NCBI GenBank assembly: GCA_003427395.1
Contig: BFEA01000027.1
Coordinates: 1,925,086 to 1,989,085 of the forward strand
Length of the DNA stretch: 64,000 nt
Direction: 5' to 3'
DNA from: Chara braunii
Lineage: Eukaryota > Plantae > Charophyceae
A program made the position numbers and the translations under genes. The notes beneath the pieces were generated by a model that saw only the letters and a program-made list of their open reading frames with translations, made no database searches and was not told the origin of the DNA. Shown piece after piece: positions 23,740 through 36,552 of this stretch (position 1 is its first letter; each line of letters opens with the position of its first letter).

Positions 23740-26700
23740 AGATACCAGGTTCAACAGGGGTAGCTATCTGGATCCCGCCTAGGTCATGATTAAAGGTGGT
23801 TAATTGGGTTGTGGATGAGGAACAGGGGAGGTGGGTATCGATTCTCGGTATGTTAGAGATAAAATTAATCAGCATCCTGTGCATCTACGCCCCTAATACC
23901 GCCACAAAGAGGGCGTCCTTTTTGACCCACCTCCAGACCCTGGCCCCTCAAGGAGTCTCATTGATCATCGCCGGAGATTTAATGCAGCACCGGACCGAGA
24001 GATGGATAGATGGGGTTCTCGTGACCCCTGCCCACATTATGTAGAAGAAGATGAGTGAATAATGGCAGACCTTTGCGAGTCCCTGAGCCTGGTGGACGCT
24101 TTTAAACTTTTACACCGGACCACAAAGACCTACACTTGCCACCGCACCAACGACCAATTTAGACACTCAAAATCACGCATCGACCTGATCCTACTCTCGC
24201 AGGAAATTCAGAATGCCCTGCAGCTTTCCACTATCCTCCTACAAAGCCCCCACTCCGGCCTAGACTACTGTACATGTGTAGCCATTTTCTCCTTCCGCAA
24301 GCGACCAGATCAAGGACCAGGATACTACAAACTTAATACCTCTCTTCTTAAAGAAGAATCATTCCTCACATACGTTTGCGATGTTTGGAACTTTTGGAAA
24401 GACCAGGAAATCTCCTTTGACTCAGAAGTGCGATGGTTCACCAACAGACTCCTTTTCCTAGCCAGAAAATGCAAGGACTATTCAAAATTATTGGCAAGTA
24501 GACGACATGCACACGAAATGGAGGTCCACGGAAAACTCCACAACCTGGTTAACCAGGACAACTCAAATGATCACATCCCGGAGATTCAAGGTTTGCATGA
24601 CCAGTTATTGATATTAGCACAACACAGATGGCAAGGAATTAGAATTCGAGGTAAATTTGCAAAGTGGTATACTGAAGGGACCATGGACTCCTATTTCTTT
24701 AGTTTAGCCTCTCTAAGGTCACACCGTACCACTATCGAAGCCCTGTTGGATCTTGTTTCTGATGACTTAGCCACCACTACAACACATTGTGTAAAGATTG
24801 CCAGAACCTTTTACAAAGACCTTTTTTCCTCTCATATTCCCCCGCAGCAAGAGGATGACCGCTTAAGAGCACTGGAAGACTTTCTACGCCCAATGGAGGG
24901 TCACCTCTCCCCGGCACAAAAAACCGTCTGGACCGCCGGATCTCCAAAGAGGAAATCTGGACGGTTCTTATGCAAATGGAGGAAGAGTAAACCCCCGGCC
25001 TAAACGATTTTCCCAATGAATTTTGAGAGACCATGTGGCCCTTCCTGAGCGAAGACCTAATGTGTTTCTATAGGGCAGTGTGGGACTCGGGTGAGTTGGG
25101 GGAACTTGTATGGCAAGGGGTACTTTCGCTGCTCCATAAAAAAAGAAATAATATGAACATAAGAAACTACCGACCCGTTACTCTTTTGATGGTTGTATAC
25201 AAGATGCTATCAAAGGCTCTGGCCAACCGAATGATAGAAGTAATGGAGGACATCATCCACGCAGCACAGACCGGTTTTATGCGTAACCGGAATATTCAAG
25301 AAAACATACTCTTGATCAATGAGGTGATCAGCCTGGCACACCAATCCAAAAGTAATGCTGCTCTCATATTTATTGACTTTGAAAAAAACTATGATCGTGT
25401 GGATTAGTTTTCCTAGATAGATGCCTGGATCGTCTGAATTTTGAGATTAATTTTCGACGGTGGGTGCACATTTTGCACCAGAACGTCACCACGAGCGTTC
25501 GGATCAACGGGTCGCTAGCCCCAGTGATAAGGCTTCAACGGTCAGTAAGACAAGGGGATCCTATGGCCCCCTTCTTATTCATTATCATTATGGAAGCGCT
25601 AGCAGCCAACCTCCGTCAGAGCAAAGATCTAAAAATAATTCAGATCTTCGGCATCCCTGAGGAAGCTGTTCCGATCTGTTCGCTGTTCGCGGATGATCTC
25701 ACCATTCTGGCTAACGCCACACATCAGAATATGAAGGAGATTCATAGACTAATGAACCTTTTCTGTACCCTCTCTGATATGACCATCAATTGGGGACAGA
25801 AAACAATAGGATGGTGGCTCCATCATCAAGGGGGCCGCCCACCGGAAGGACACCACGTCTCCTGGGCAGCCCCGGACTCCCCCATCCGGATCTTGGGAGT
25901 CAAGTTGTCAGTACTAGGCAAACCCCCAGAGGACGATGGATGGATATCAAGTCCTATATTTGCTAAACTATCTCAATGGAACCACCAGCACATATCACTC
26001 TTCGGCCGTGCTTTGAGAATTAACAATGTAGTTTTAGCCACCCTTTGGTATAAATCGGTCCTTTGGCCCCTGAGCCCAGACGCCCTGAGAACCCTGAAGA
26101 GGAAGGTGGCAACCTACTTATGGAGAGGAGATAGCGAAAACCCCACGGTATAAGTAGAGTGGTGTGGGACTCAGTCATCCAACTCAAGGCAAAGGGAGGC
26201 CTTGGTAGTCTGGACCCCCTCGCCAATCCCAGGCCCTCAGTCTACAATGGGTGTTACGTCTGATTTTCGACAACCCTTCAGTGTGGAGGCCGCTTGCACT
26301 AGAACAAATTGCCCATCTTGCCACAGCGGCCCCCCCGGCCGTCCACCCCCTCCAGTGGTTAGACGACCGCTATTGGAAGATTCCACGGTGTCCCCGGAGA
26401 ATGGTAGGAAGGAGAGACGATTTCTGGCCCCGCTTGCTAAAAATATGGAGGAAGCTTTCCCCCCCGAATCGTCCACCTCCCGACAGGTGGGAAAAGATGG
26501 CAAGACAACCCCTCTTTGGGAACCGGTGGATCATCAACGAACAGAGCGAGATTTTTTGCAGCTCCGACTCCCCATGGAAAGGATGGGTGAAGAATGGCGT
26601 GACAAACGTAGGTGACCTCTGGGATAAGGAAAGGAAGGATTGGAAGAGCCCGGAGAGGATGAGGGTGGAACTAAGGTACTGCCACAATGTTGAGAGAGCA

Positions 26701-28977
26701 CTTGAGGAAATAACGGAGGCCGTCCCGGTTGGGTGGTGGTCCATCCTGCGCAAAGGAAGGGTGTTGAAGGAGGGGGACTGGGTGGCCAAGGAAGGGGAAG
26801 GAAATAAGGTCGGCCTGGTCCACATGACCCGATCGAAGGAGACGCTGATTGAATGGTTCAGTGTAGAAAGGAATGGTAGATTGACAGGAAGCCGTGATTG
26901 CACACTGTCTTCCTCACCGCCGCCCGCCCGCTCTTCTTTTCCACTCGGGCTGTATGAAGGAGCAAGCTGCAGACGCCAAGAACGCTGCTCCGATCCCAGC
27001 CCAACCTGATCCTCTCTGTGAGCTCCGATGTGGGCGGTGTACACCCGGCTCACTGTGCAGTCCGCCCCCCGTCCGAAAAAAAATACTCCCCCTCTGGCCC
27101 ATTACTTCTTCTATATCCGTGNCCTTTACTGCAGGTACCCATAAGGTACGNTGCCCTCCNGAGCNTNTAGTACCCAGCTCGAAATAGGACAGCGGCCCAT
27201 TGGTATCAGCGGTACCAAGCCCACAGATCCGCGGTACTTCCCTTCAGCAGNGATTTTTCCGTTGGTGCCGCGGTTTAGGCCCGACAGTCAAGTATTGCAC
27301 CACGAAATAACAGCCCCAGACTGCAATGACCCTCACCAGCTACCATTGTTAGCTCAGTGATCGTGGCCGGAAATAAGTGTACCAAAAATAGTGAAAACTC
27401 AGATCTTGCCAACCTTGTAGGATCAAATTATATTGTGGCCCGTCCCTCACCGTGCCTGTTCCAAATCGGGCACGTGCCTGTTCCGATCCAGCAGCCATAG
27501 AGACCCTCCCCATTGATCCCTTGGAATGGGTCTGGAACTCTGATCCACGGACCAGTCTAAGGCAACCCAAATCTAAAACCTTGTCCGGACTCACAGTCAA
27601 AGCAGCATATCGCATGCTCAGAGTTAAACGCTGTCTTAAAGACACAGTGGTCGATCGATGGTAAAAGCACCTCAACATAGAACGTCATCTTCTTACACCC
27701 ATACGATGGTTTGGTGACACTAAGGTTAAACCAGCGAAAATCACATCACTGCAGTGGCAGATCATGCACCGGTGCCTTCCCACCAATAATTGGTTAATTG
27801 ATCACTCGCAGCTATAACAACAAGGTTGAGCGCTCAACCTTGTTGTTATAGCAGAAACAATTGAGCATATATTTCTTCAATGCCCCGCCGCCGTTCTTAC
27901 CTGGAGGTGGTGGGATAGGGTGTGGCAACAGATGGTCCCCGGGCATCCATGGTCGTGGGTTGGCGTGCCATCTTATTGGGACACTACCCACCCTTCCAAG
28001 ACGACATCTTCATACTGAACATGTTCCACTTGGCCCGACGGACGATTCTGTGGGTCCTGTGGTGGCAGCGATGCGCCTTGCCTTTAGACCACGTTCGGGT
28101 AGAGGGTGAAGAAAGGCTGGAGCAACTCAAAGAACACTTCCAACTCGAACTTTCTCATAGATGGCAAATATTGAAGCAAACACTAGACAATCTCCATAGA
28201 GCCACTGACATCTGAGAACGGCTCCTACAGTTTTCTAGGGAGTGGCTGGGTGGGGACAGGGAGGGCTGGGAAGCGGACATACACTGGTCAGGGTCTTGGG
28301 ATGGAGAGGGGGGGAGGGAGGGTGACCTCCGAGAGCAAGTGTAGGGACTACCAACTGAAACTTAAAGACTGGCTGACTGTAGACCCCAGTTTCCCCATGC
28401 GTCCTGCAGAAGATTCCGTAGACCCGTTCCCTCCACACCCACGGGCCCACTGGTCGGTTAGAAAAGAGGGTCGAGGAGCGGCTTCTTTTGGGAAAGGGTG
28501 CAGGGAAGACGAGGGAGTCCCCACTGGTGCCCCCCAGTGGCTCCTCCCAATCCCCTGACTAGGTACAAGGTTGGAGAAGGCGATGGCGACCATCTTGCGT
28601 CCACTTTCACACCTGCTCAGTCAATCCTCTGGTTTCCAGAGCAATCAATGCTGGCAGGCTCCCTCCAGACATTATCCAGACATATCCATTTTTCCTCTCT
28701 TAAAAAAGGAAAGTACTCTACAGGCCAGCTCAGTCAATCCCCTGCTTTGGAGGGCAATCAATGATAGCAGGTCCCATCTTATATGCTCAGACTCCCTAGA
28801 TAATCCTAGACAGTCCTCAGACATTCTCTGACATTATTTGTTGCAATATGGGATGCTGGACCCGTTTTCCAGCAGGTGATGCTCCCCACCAATAGATGGA
28901 GCCTCTCCCTAGGTGTTAGTGGTGTCTGCTCTTATCAGCAGCACTAACACTGGCGGGGGCGTTTTTGTCAAAAAAAA

Positions 28978-29008
<31 letters not shown>

Positions 29009-29017
29009 GAAAAAAAA
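23740..29017 (+). mobile_element. Decayed LINE (APE-RT-zf-RVT, 3' module, poly-A), no ORF1 seen
   Basis: CIYAPN, IIAGD, SRIDL, YYKLN, NYRPVTLL, SVRQGDPMAP, LFADD, WQIMHRCLPT. Module at 28849-28902, stem-loop at 28913-28951, A-tail from 28970. Confidence 0.93.
23796..28460 (+). pseudogene. LINE ORF2 pseudogene (endonuclease/reverse transcriptase)
   Basis: ORF fragments 23796-24044, 24062-25003, 25033-25407, 25464-26153, 26251-27009, 27452-27664, 27922-28215. Confidence 0.92.
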
Positions 29018-29242
29018 GAGCACAACCCTTAAAGGAAAAAGGGGAAACTACGCGGGAGTAACAAAAATGGGTTATGATTGCACTACGGGCCAAGATACAG
29101 TTTTGAATTGCAGTTTGGGCAATGTATACTGAGGTCTCTGGCCAGGTAGGGTGGCCGAAGTGCAATGGCAAACTGTATCTTGTCCCATAGTGCAATTTGA
29201 TGATTGAGTCTACAATTCTGTAATGTGGGAAACAACTTGAAG

Positions 29243-29398
29243 CAAGGGTAGGACAGGGGGGGTGGAGGTGCGCCAGGGCAACAGATGAGAGGAAGGGTGG
29301 GTGGGGTCTTCAGAGGGGTTCATCTGGACAACCCAATGGCCCATTACTGTGGGTGACTCTCATCTGTCTAGTATCGCACCTCTACAACAACCTGGGCT
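29243..29398 (+). repeat. Dispersed repeat with an inverted copy at 32900-33062
   Basis: TCTTCAGAGGGGTTCATCTGGACAA...GTGGGTGACT...TCTAGTATC...CCTCTACAAC matches the reverse complement of 32900-33062, which has an A-rich tail on the minus strand. Confidence 0.8.
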
Positions 29399-29403
29399 GT
29401 GGT

Positions 29404-31300
29404 CTTTCTTTTTTTTTTTTTTTTTTTTGAGAAGTTGTCACTTTATATTTCAGAACAAAAGTGGTCGAGGCCGGGGACCTCACAATTCTACCCGGTGTTA
29501 ACGAGATGAACCTGCTGGAAACCAGGTCCAGCGTCCCACGACCGCCCAGTCTCAATAGGACAGAACTCCTCAAAATAGCCTTGAAGCACAGAAAAAGACG
29601 GCTGAACTAATCGATAACAAACCTCTCCAGTCCTTCAGCCTATAACATAATATCCTTGCAGCGCCGAAAAAGAAGTGCAACGCCGGCATGTTTCTAACGT
29701 CGAAACACTATTGGCAAGGAACTACAAATTATAATCTGCAGAATTCGAAAACGCGCAAGGCAATTCACAAGGAATTTTAACAATCTTAACCCTAGAATTA
29801 TTTCGAAAACAAACTAAATAATCCCAAATAATCCCAAATCATCCCAAATTTCAACCCAAACTCGAACCAATTTCAATCTAAACGTGGTGATATTGTCTCC
29901 CAAAAATTGAGAACAATCATACAGCAGTTCCTTGATCACACCTGCTGGGGTGACCCTGTTACCCTCCCTATTCCACTACCCTGCAAGGAGCCTGATCTGC
30001 CATGACGGGTTTCCCACCACGCACCCTTGAGCCCTTCGTGGTTTTAGCGGACAGTGGACACAATGGGTACAGCTCAAGTTTGCTCCTCACCGGTTCTCTC
30101 ATAGCATCTAACCAAAAGCGTTCCCACCGCCTCTTGATAGTCTCATAGGCTCATACTGCTCAAGATGGCGCCGCTATCAGTAATTCCCTGGGTTTCACCC
30201 TGGCTATAGTACAGATTGCTTTGTTCTCACACTCATTAGCTGCTGTAACGAGTTACACTTTCACCCACTCTGTTCCAACACCCTGCAAAGGGCCTGAGCT
30301 GCCATGACGGGTTTCCCACCACCCACCCTTGGTCCTTCGTGGTTTAGCGGACACAATGGGTACAACTCAAGTTTGCTCTTCACCGGTTCTATCGTGCCTC
30401 CTAACCAGTAACGTTCCCACCGCCCCTTGTTACACTCTCACTGCTCAAGGTGGCGCCGCTACTAGCAATTCCACGGGTATCACAGTACTATCACCACTTG
30501 CCTTGATCTCCAATCATAAGCCACCGTACCTCCATCTCACAAAGACTATTAAACAGTTAAACACCAACCCATCCAAATTCCATAACAATTCAAAAACAAC
30601 TATGTAGACTACTCTAAATTCCATAAAGCTTCGGAGCTTAGCGCAGCCACGTATAGAAGGTCCAATTCCCCTGGCAACGTTCCCGCCGCCACAAGTCAGT
30701 CTCCCACACCCACTAATGGTGCCGCCACCCCAAAGGACTTCGGAGCTTCACCTACCCAACAAAACAAACTCCTATCTTTAACAACTTAATTCCCCAAATA
30801 CTGTTGTAGGTTTTTCAATGGTAAATTACGTGAAGGAATTTCCAAACTAACCAAAAATTTATCACTCCAACTGCCCGTTGCAAGACCAACGATCCCTTCA
30901 GTTAACAACGATTACCAAATTGAAAACCTAGCACATCGACGCGTCCACTACGAAATTGCAGCCCAGCCAACCAAACGAACAGAAATTGCACATAATAAAA
31001 CAAGCAGAAGGAAAAACACCAATTATCCCTCTCTGCCAATCCTAAGATACTTAATAATACATGTTTCTAAAAACGAAACGCTGAGGGCGTACTAATACTC
31101 GAAGCAACAACCAGACAAAAGACCGCCCAGCTCATCAATCGCTCTCCACTCTGACTAAGCAACTTAAGCACCAGCAAGAAGGCCGAACAGAGCGTAGTGT
31201 GACGGATGACGATCATCGAGGCCAAGTCAACCACCCAAGAGAAACGCCACCCAACTGACTGACAGGGCTACTAAAGCAAAACCAAGGAGGAAAATGGGGC
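29404..31300 (-). mobile_element. Long non-coding retroposon (or long LINE 3' UTR) ending in the shared module and poly-A
   Basis: T-run at 29410-29428, module part at 29510-29538, internal duplication (about 29975-30190 vs 30275-30480). Homologous in reverse to 49400-49620 and 59360-59445. The 5' boundary is uncertain. Confidence 0.55.
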
Positions 31301-32244
31301 AAAGCATACTATGACGTAAGCGTAATGATAAGTAACAAACCAACAGAGAGCCCAAATACTGACAACTGCGTGTGATACAGCATGACAGACACAATTACCA
31401 AGCCAGGGGTATTCAAAACCTCCATATCGAGATGTAAGAACCAAGTGCCTAATACATGTGCCCAATACTTAGCGTGAATGGAAAAACTACACAGACCATA
31501 GGAAGCGAATGTAATGACCCTATTGAGTGAGAAAACAAACACGAAATCAGTGATCCTACAACTACCTTGCTATGTAGACAGGCAGATCGAGACGCCTTGT
31601 ACTCCTTGGACATGCCGAAGCGCTGCCACCGCAGCCGCACACTCTCCCACTGCGTCCAGATGCGCCGCTCCGAATCATCCACGGTTACCGTTATATTTTC
31701 CGTTTGGATTTCACCACGCCCAGTTCTTGTCAGCAAACAATGACTCCGAAATTGCCGAGGTAGCTAGGTCTTTTCGTCCAGAGCTTGAGGTAAGTGAGTT
31801 CGTAATTCATTGCAATCAGGCTGCCAGGGGGAGTCGTGCGGGGGCCATACCACAGAACGCACCGGCGTCCCTACCCCAATCAAGGGGCAGTTCGGGTATA
31901 GTCTCACGTCGACATAGCTCAGCTATGTCGGCTCCGTACGAGGGCCGTCTCTTCCCTCACTGCGTCGTACGGGCTCGAGGCGACCACTTGCTCCCCAAGC
32001 GCCGGCCGGCCAAGGTTCACTAATCCACCGCGGGCCCGCATTGCGGACTAGCGCTGAATTAGCGCACGCGAGGCGCTACCGGATCGCTTGGACAGTCCCC
32101 CTGTGGCCTTTCTCTATCTGTCCCTATGCTCCTTTTTCTCCTTAGGACTGCCTGTATACCCACCCTATTGTGGAGCTGCCTCCCTGCTGATTGCAGATGG
32201 CCCAGGCGGCTACCTGGATATCGTTGTCACGTATTAGTCCACTA

Positions 32245-32361
32245 CTCCGGTTTCCAGCAGGTGCTGCTCCCCACCAATAGGCAGAGCCTTCAAAAGTGGG
32301 GGCCACTTATCGGGGATGCTCTTATCACCTCGATAAGTGACCCTCCGATCTGAAGTTTGTT

Positions 32362-32392
<31 letters not shown>

Positions 32393-32394
32393 AA
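32245..32394 (+). mobile_element. Short LINE 3' tail (module, stem-loop, poly-A)
   Basis: CCGGTTTCCAGCAGGTGCTGCTCCCCACCAATAG, stem CACTTATCG/CGATAAGTG with GCTCTTATCA loop. Flanked by a duplicated GTCCACTACTCC. Confidence 0.85.
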
Positions 32395-34065
32395 GGTCCA
32401 CTACTCCCTCAGTTCATGCAGATTCCAGGCATTTACAGTCCCTCCCTATGATTCTGTTCTCCCCCTTGGAGGGAGGAGCGTGTCTGTGCCCACCCACACT
32501 GTTTCATACACTTCCATACCCGTTCCCTTTTTATGCTGTCTCAGCGTTGTCCTCACGTCCCAACCCCCCCCTCTTGCTTCCCACTGTGTATTTCAATGCC
32601 CTCTACCATTCCGTCAGGGGGAAGTTGCCCTTAAGCCTTCCTTATCCCCTCCATCCCTATCACCCCTTCACCTGTCGTAACAGCCATAATGATCCCTCCC
32701 ACAGTCCCCTTCCACTGAGGCTGCGGTCGTTGTAGCTCTGCAGAGCACCGTCCCTTTCTCGTAGTGTCCCGTTGGCCCCCTGTGGGTCTTCTGGCTGGTC
32801 ATTCTTTTTTTTTTAACTTTTTCTTTTTACTTCTTTTTTAACTTTCTTTTAAACTTTTTTTCTTACTTTTTTCTTTTTACTTTTTCTTTCTTCTTAAAAG
32901 CCCAGGTTGTGAACTCGTTGTAGAGGTGGGATACTAGACAGATGCCAGTCACCCACAGTTCTGGGCCACTTTGTTGTCCAGATGAACCCCTCTGAAGACC
33001 GCACTCACCCTTCCTCTCATCTTTTTGCCCTGGCGCACCCCCACCTCCCCTGTCCTACCCTAGTGTTAACCACCCAGGACCATCACCCATCACCATCTTG
33101 GCAGGGGGCTCTACCGGTAGGAGGAGGAGGGAAAAGAGGACCAAGGAGGAGAGTGGCAAGGTACCTGCCTGGCTATGGTGGACACCATCTTCATCATCTT
33201 GTTAGGCACTGCATCTGAAAGGCCCCAGTTGGGGTAGTGCCGCATCAAGGAAGCTCGGGACAGAGTCAGGCATGGCGGCTGAATGGCCAGCGGCATAGCT
33301 GCCTTGTGTTGACCTTGGGACAGGAGGGCAGCGACATAGCTGCTTTGGGTTGTCCTTCGGACAGGAGGGTACAGCCCGCAGTACTCCGCCATAGCCTTGG
33401 CCTACATGAAGAGGAAGAGGAATGGTGGCTATGGCGATGGTGGACCTCATGTTGTGCCTGCAGTAGAAGAGAGATTCGGACATTGATTCTGGTTCAGCCA
33501 TTCAACACTATTATTGTTATTTCTTGTTTGAATAAGAGGGGAGGAGATAAGGAGGAGGAGATTGGTTGGCGAAGAAGAAGAGCATTATCTTTGGTCTATG
33601 CTGTAGTACATCATCTTCTTCTTCTTTCTTTCTTCTTCCTCTTCTTCTTTCTTTCTTCTTCCTCTTCTTCTTCTTTCTTTCTTCTTCCGCTTCTTCTTTC
33701 CCTCTCTCTCCTCTCAAGTTCATTCATTTCTTTTTGCAATTGGACTTTACAATTGGCCAGGATCGTAACAGAAGTAATAAATGAAGACATAAATAGAAAA
33801 GCCAACATCTTTGTGACGACAGTCGCAAAAATGAAATGATAGGCGACATTCAACCGTTTTTTTTTTTTTTTTTCATTAGATACGCCACGGAATTTGAATT
33901 TTGGCTACCCTTCCGACCGTCCGACGCAGAAAACGTCGGGAGTTACTACACTTCGAAAGCACAGAAAAAAACATCTGCCATAGTCACTGTGTTCATTTAC
34001 CTTCCCTGACTTCGTCACTGCAACGGGCTGCAAACGGCCGTTGCAAAATAATTAAAGCACATTTT

Positions 34066-34067
<2 letters not shown>

Positions 34068-34157
<90 letters not shown>

Positions 34158-34158
34158 N

Positions 34159-34247
<89 letters not shown>
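34068..34247 (+). repeat. Compound (GT)n(GA)n microsatellite
   Basis: Direct reading. Confidence 0.95.
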
Positions 34248-34251
<4 letters not shown>

Positions 34252-34637
34252 AATGACGACGCAGACTGCACGAACGCCGTTTAACAGAAATAAAGTTTGT
34301 GTTTCCAAATCTTAGTTTGATCACCTGTGTATGGGTGACTACCGCTGTCCGCAGAGAATAAGTTCGAGAAATTGATTGATCCACCTTCCGAGCTGCACAT
34401 TGGCACTTGAATAGCTTGGTGGCTGGAAGGGCGGACAAAGGCCTGGATGGAATGAAAGCTACAGCGGCAGGTAGATCGATGTCTTTGAAAAAAAATAGAT
34501 CAGCACTTGCACACAAAAAAAGGGACAGGGTTATCGTATCCCCACCACTGAGCTACGCATGGTGGCAAAAACTACAAAAATATAATGAAAAACAGGGCAG
34601 TCTACCCATCGTGCGAATCCAGAACTACTCGGAATAA

Positions 34638-36497
34638 TCAGAAGGAGAACCATTCCCCCCCACGCCTTCTCTTCAGCGCACGAAGACTGCCGATTGCATC
34701 AGCAAGCATCGTGTACCCTTTCTCCACTTTATCCCCGTAAATGGCAGCGACTCTCTCGCGGGCACTGTGCAGCGATGTCGTGCTGCATGACTTCCCTCTG
34801 CACCTCCGCTTGCTGCCGGGCGATGTCATGTGTGGTGTCGCACCTCATATTTGCACAGTCTCTATCTAGACGCACCAGCGCCTGTGTACGATCCTTCATG
34901 GCACCAGTGATAGCCCACACGCTCGTCTCACGGGCATTAATGGCCATTCTCTTTCACTGTCCCAGTGTTGGCTCAAAAGTAGTGGACTTCTATGATCCGT
35001 CGCTAGCAACTTCTGTCTCAACATCCCCATCGCATGCCCCCTCGGCGCCCTCACCATCCCCATCGCATGCCCCCTCTGCATCAGCGCACTGCTCCTCCTA
35101 TCCGGACGACTCCCGCAGGTTCGACAAATTGATTGTCTCTGTGTCTTTTTCAACGGAATCAGTTATATCGTACCACGGCCGGCGAAGCACGAAATCGACA
35201 CTGTCCTCTTTATGCATCCTTCTATTCATATCCCAGTAGCTAGGCAGACCAGACCATCTCTCATGCCACTTCAATCTTTTGTAGTAATCGTATGCTTGAT
35301 GGAACTTTCCCTTGCACTGGTCTGCGGTACACGTGAAGCCTTTACCCTTCATATGCTCTTTGACCAATTTCCAAAAACCTTGCTCCGAGTCAATTTTCGC
35401 TTGCACATACGCCTCCGTCTGTTCGCCCATCAACTGCTTCACCTCATTGTGTACATGGCAAAGCTCCGCTGTCTCTTCCTCTGTCCACTGGTCCGTGTTC
35501 TTAATATCGGAAGGAGAAGGGCGTCCTTGCTGGCCTTGGGAACGGGTGTCGCCAGTTGTGGAGCTAGGACTCGCAGGCGTTGAAGGGGATGCCTGGAAGC
35601 TGGACTGTCCGGCCATAACGTTCGTGGTATCACTGCCGGCGGTCACTGGCCTGGTTAATTGCCAAACAGACTGCTTCCATCGTTCCCTGGCAAGCCACCT
35701 GTATCAGTCACACCCACCTCCACATCGCGTATTAGACGACTTATAATGTAATCAGAGTCCCCAGCGGCCTGCCGCAAACCATGCCTCGTTCATCACTGCT
35801 GTCACCTCCCGAAGGTGGAGTCATCAAATATGGGCCGCACACGACCAGCCTAACAGGCGTTGGGGTCTCAAACCCACGACATTCGCTGCAGACACACTCC
35901 CACGACGGTTGCCAGATGGCAGAGCAGGGCTGCAATGGCGGTGACATGAGGGCGGAGATGACAATGCCGTAGAGGCAGGGCACGGTGTAGAAGGTCAGGA
36001 GCTGCCCCTCAGCCATGGCAATGGCACATCTTCTCAGACACTCCCTGAGGTTGTTCTCATCTTCAGTGCCCACCCCAAACCTGAATCCAGCAACAGGATG
36101 CACTGGCGACAGCAATCCCGCAGATGCTGTCACATCACTGGACCGCTGCACGTCTGTTGCCCTGGTTGTCACATCAACCACACAGGGGACTAAAGGAATC
36201 CATGGCACTGCCACTGCTGGCACTTGAAATGCTGTGTCCTGGGGAAGTTGTTGACGGACACATGGGGATGCGGAGAGCTGTGTTCCCAGGGTGTCATCGA
36301 AGGGGTACTGAGTCTCGTTCTCAGATTCAGAGGCCGCACCGACTGATCCACGCTGCAAGTTCACCGGCCATGTACGAAGTCCAACTCCCTCACTCCCCAG
36401 CGAAGGGGTGGCATTGGCCGGGGCCACAGACTGGGACTTGGAGAATCCCCAGTCTTGGATGGCCGACAGCCCGACGGGGTCGTTGCGTGAACCCATT
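34638..36497 (-). pseudogene. Myb/SANT-like trihelix DNA-binding protein pseudogene (Harbinger ORF1-type)
   Basis: WTEEETAELC...FWKLVKEHMKGKGFTCTADQCKGKFHQAYDYYKRL (35098-35646), followed by acidic and coiled-coil segments with stops and frameshifts. Architecture matches the 50550-52236 gene. The N-terminal extent is uncertain. Confidence 0.8.
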
Positions 36498-36552
36498 GTG
36501 TACGGATTTTGCTTCACGGGGATGAATGCGGACAACTGCCAAATCTCAGGAG

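Noticed and set aside
28849-28902. Calling the 3' module an HDV-like, twister or pistol ribozyme
   Set aside because: I could not map the required helices or catalytic residues, so it is left as an unclassified structured RNA.
31840-31935. 5S rRNA-like start GGCCATACCACAGAACGCACCGG
   Set aside because: Similarity is limited to about 25 nt, with no convincing internal control region downstream.
33111-33839. Several overlapping ORFs
   Set aside because: Built from a 41-bp tandem repeat and a (CTT)n tract; no domain recognised.
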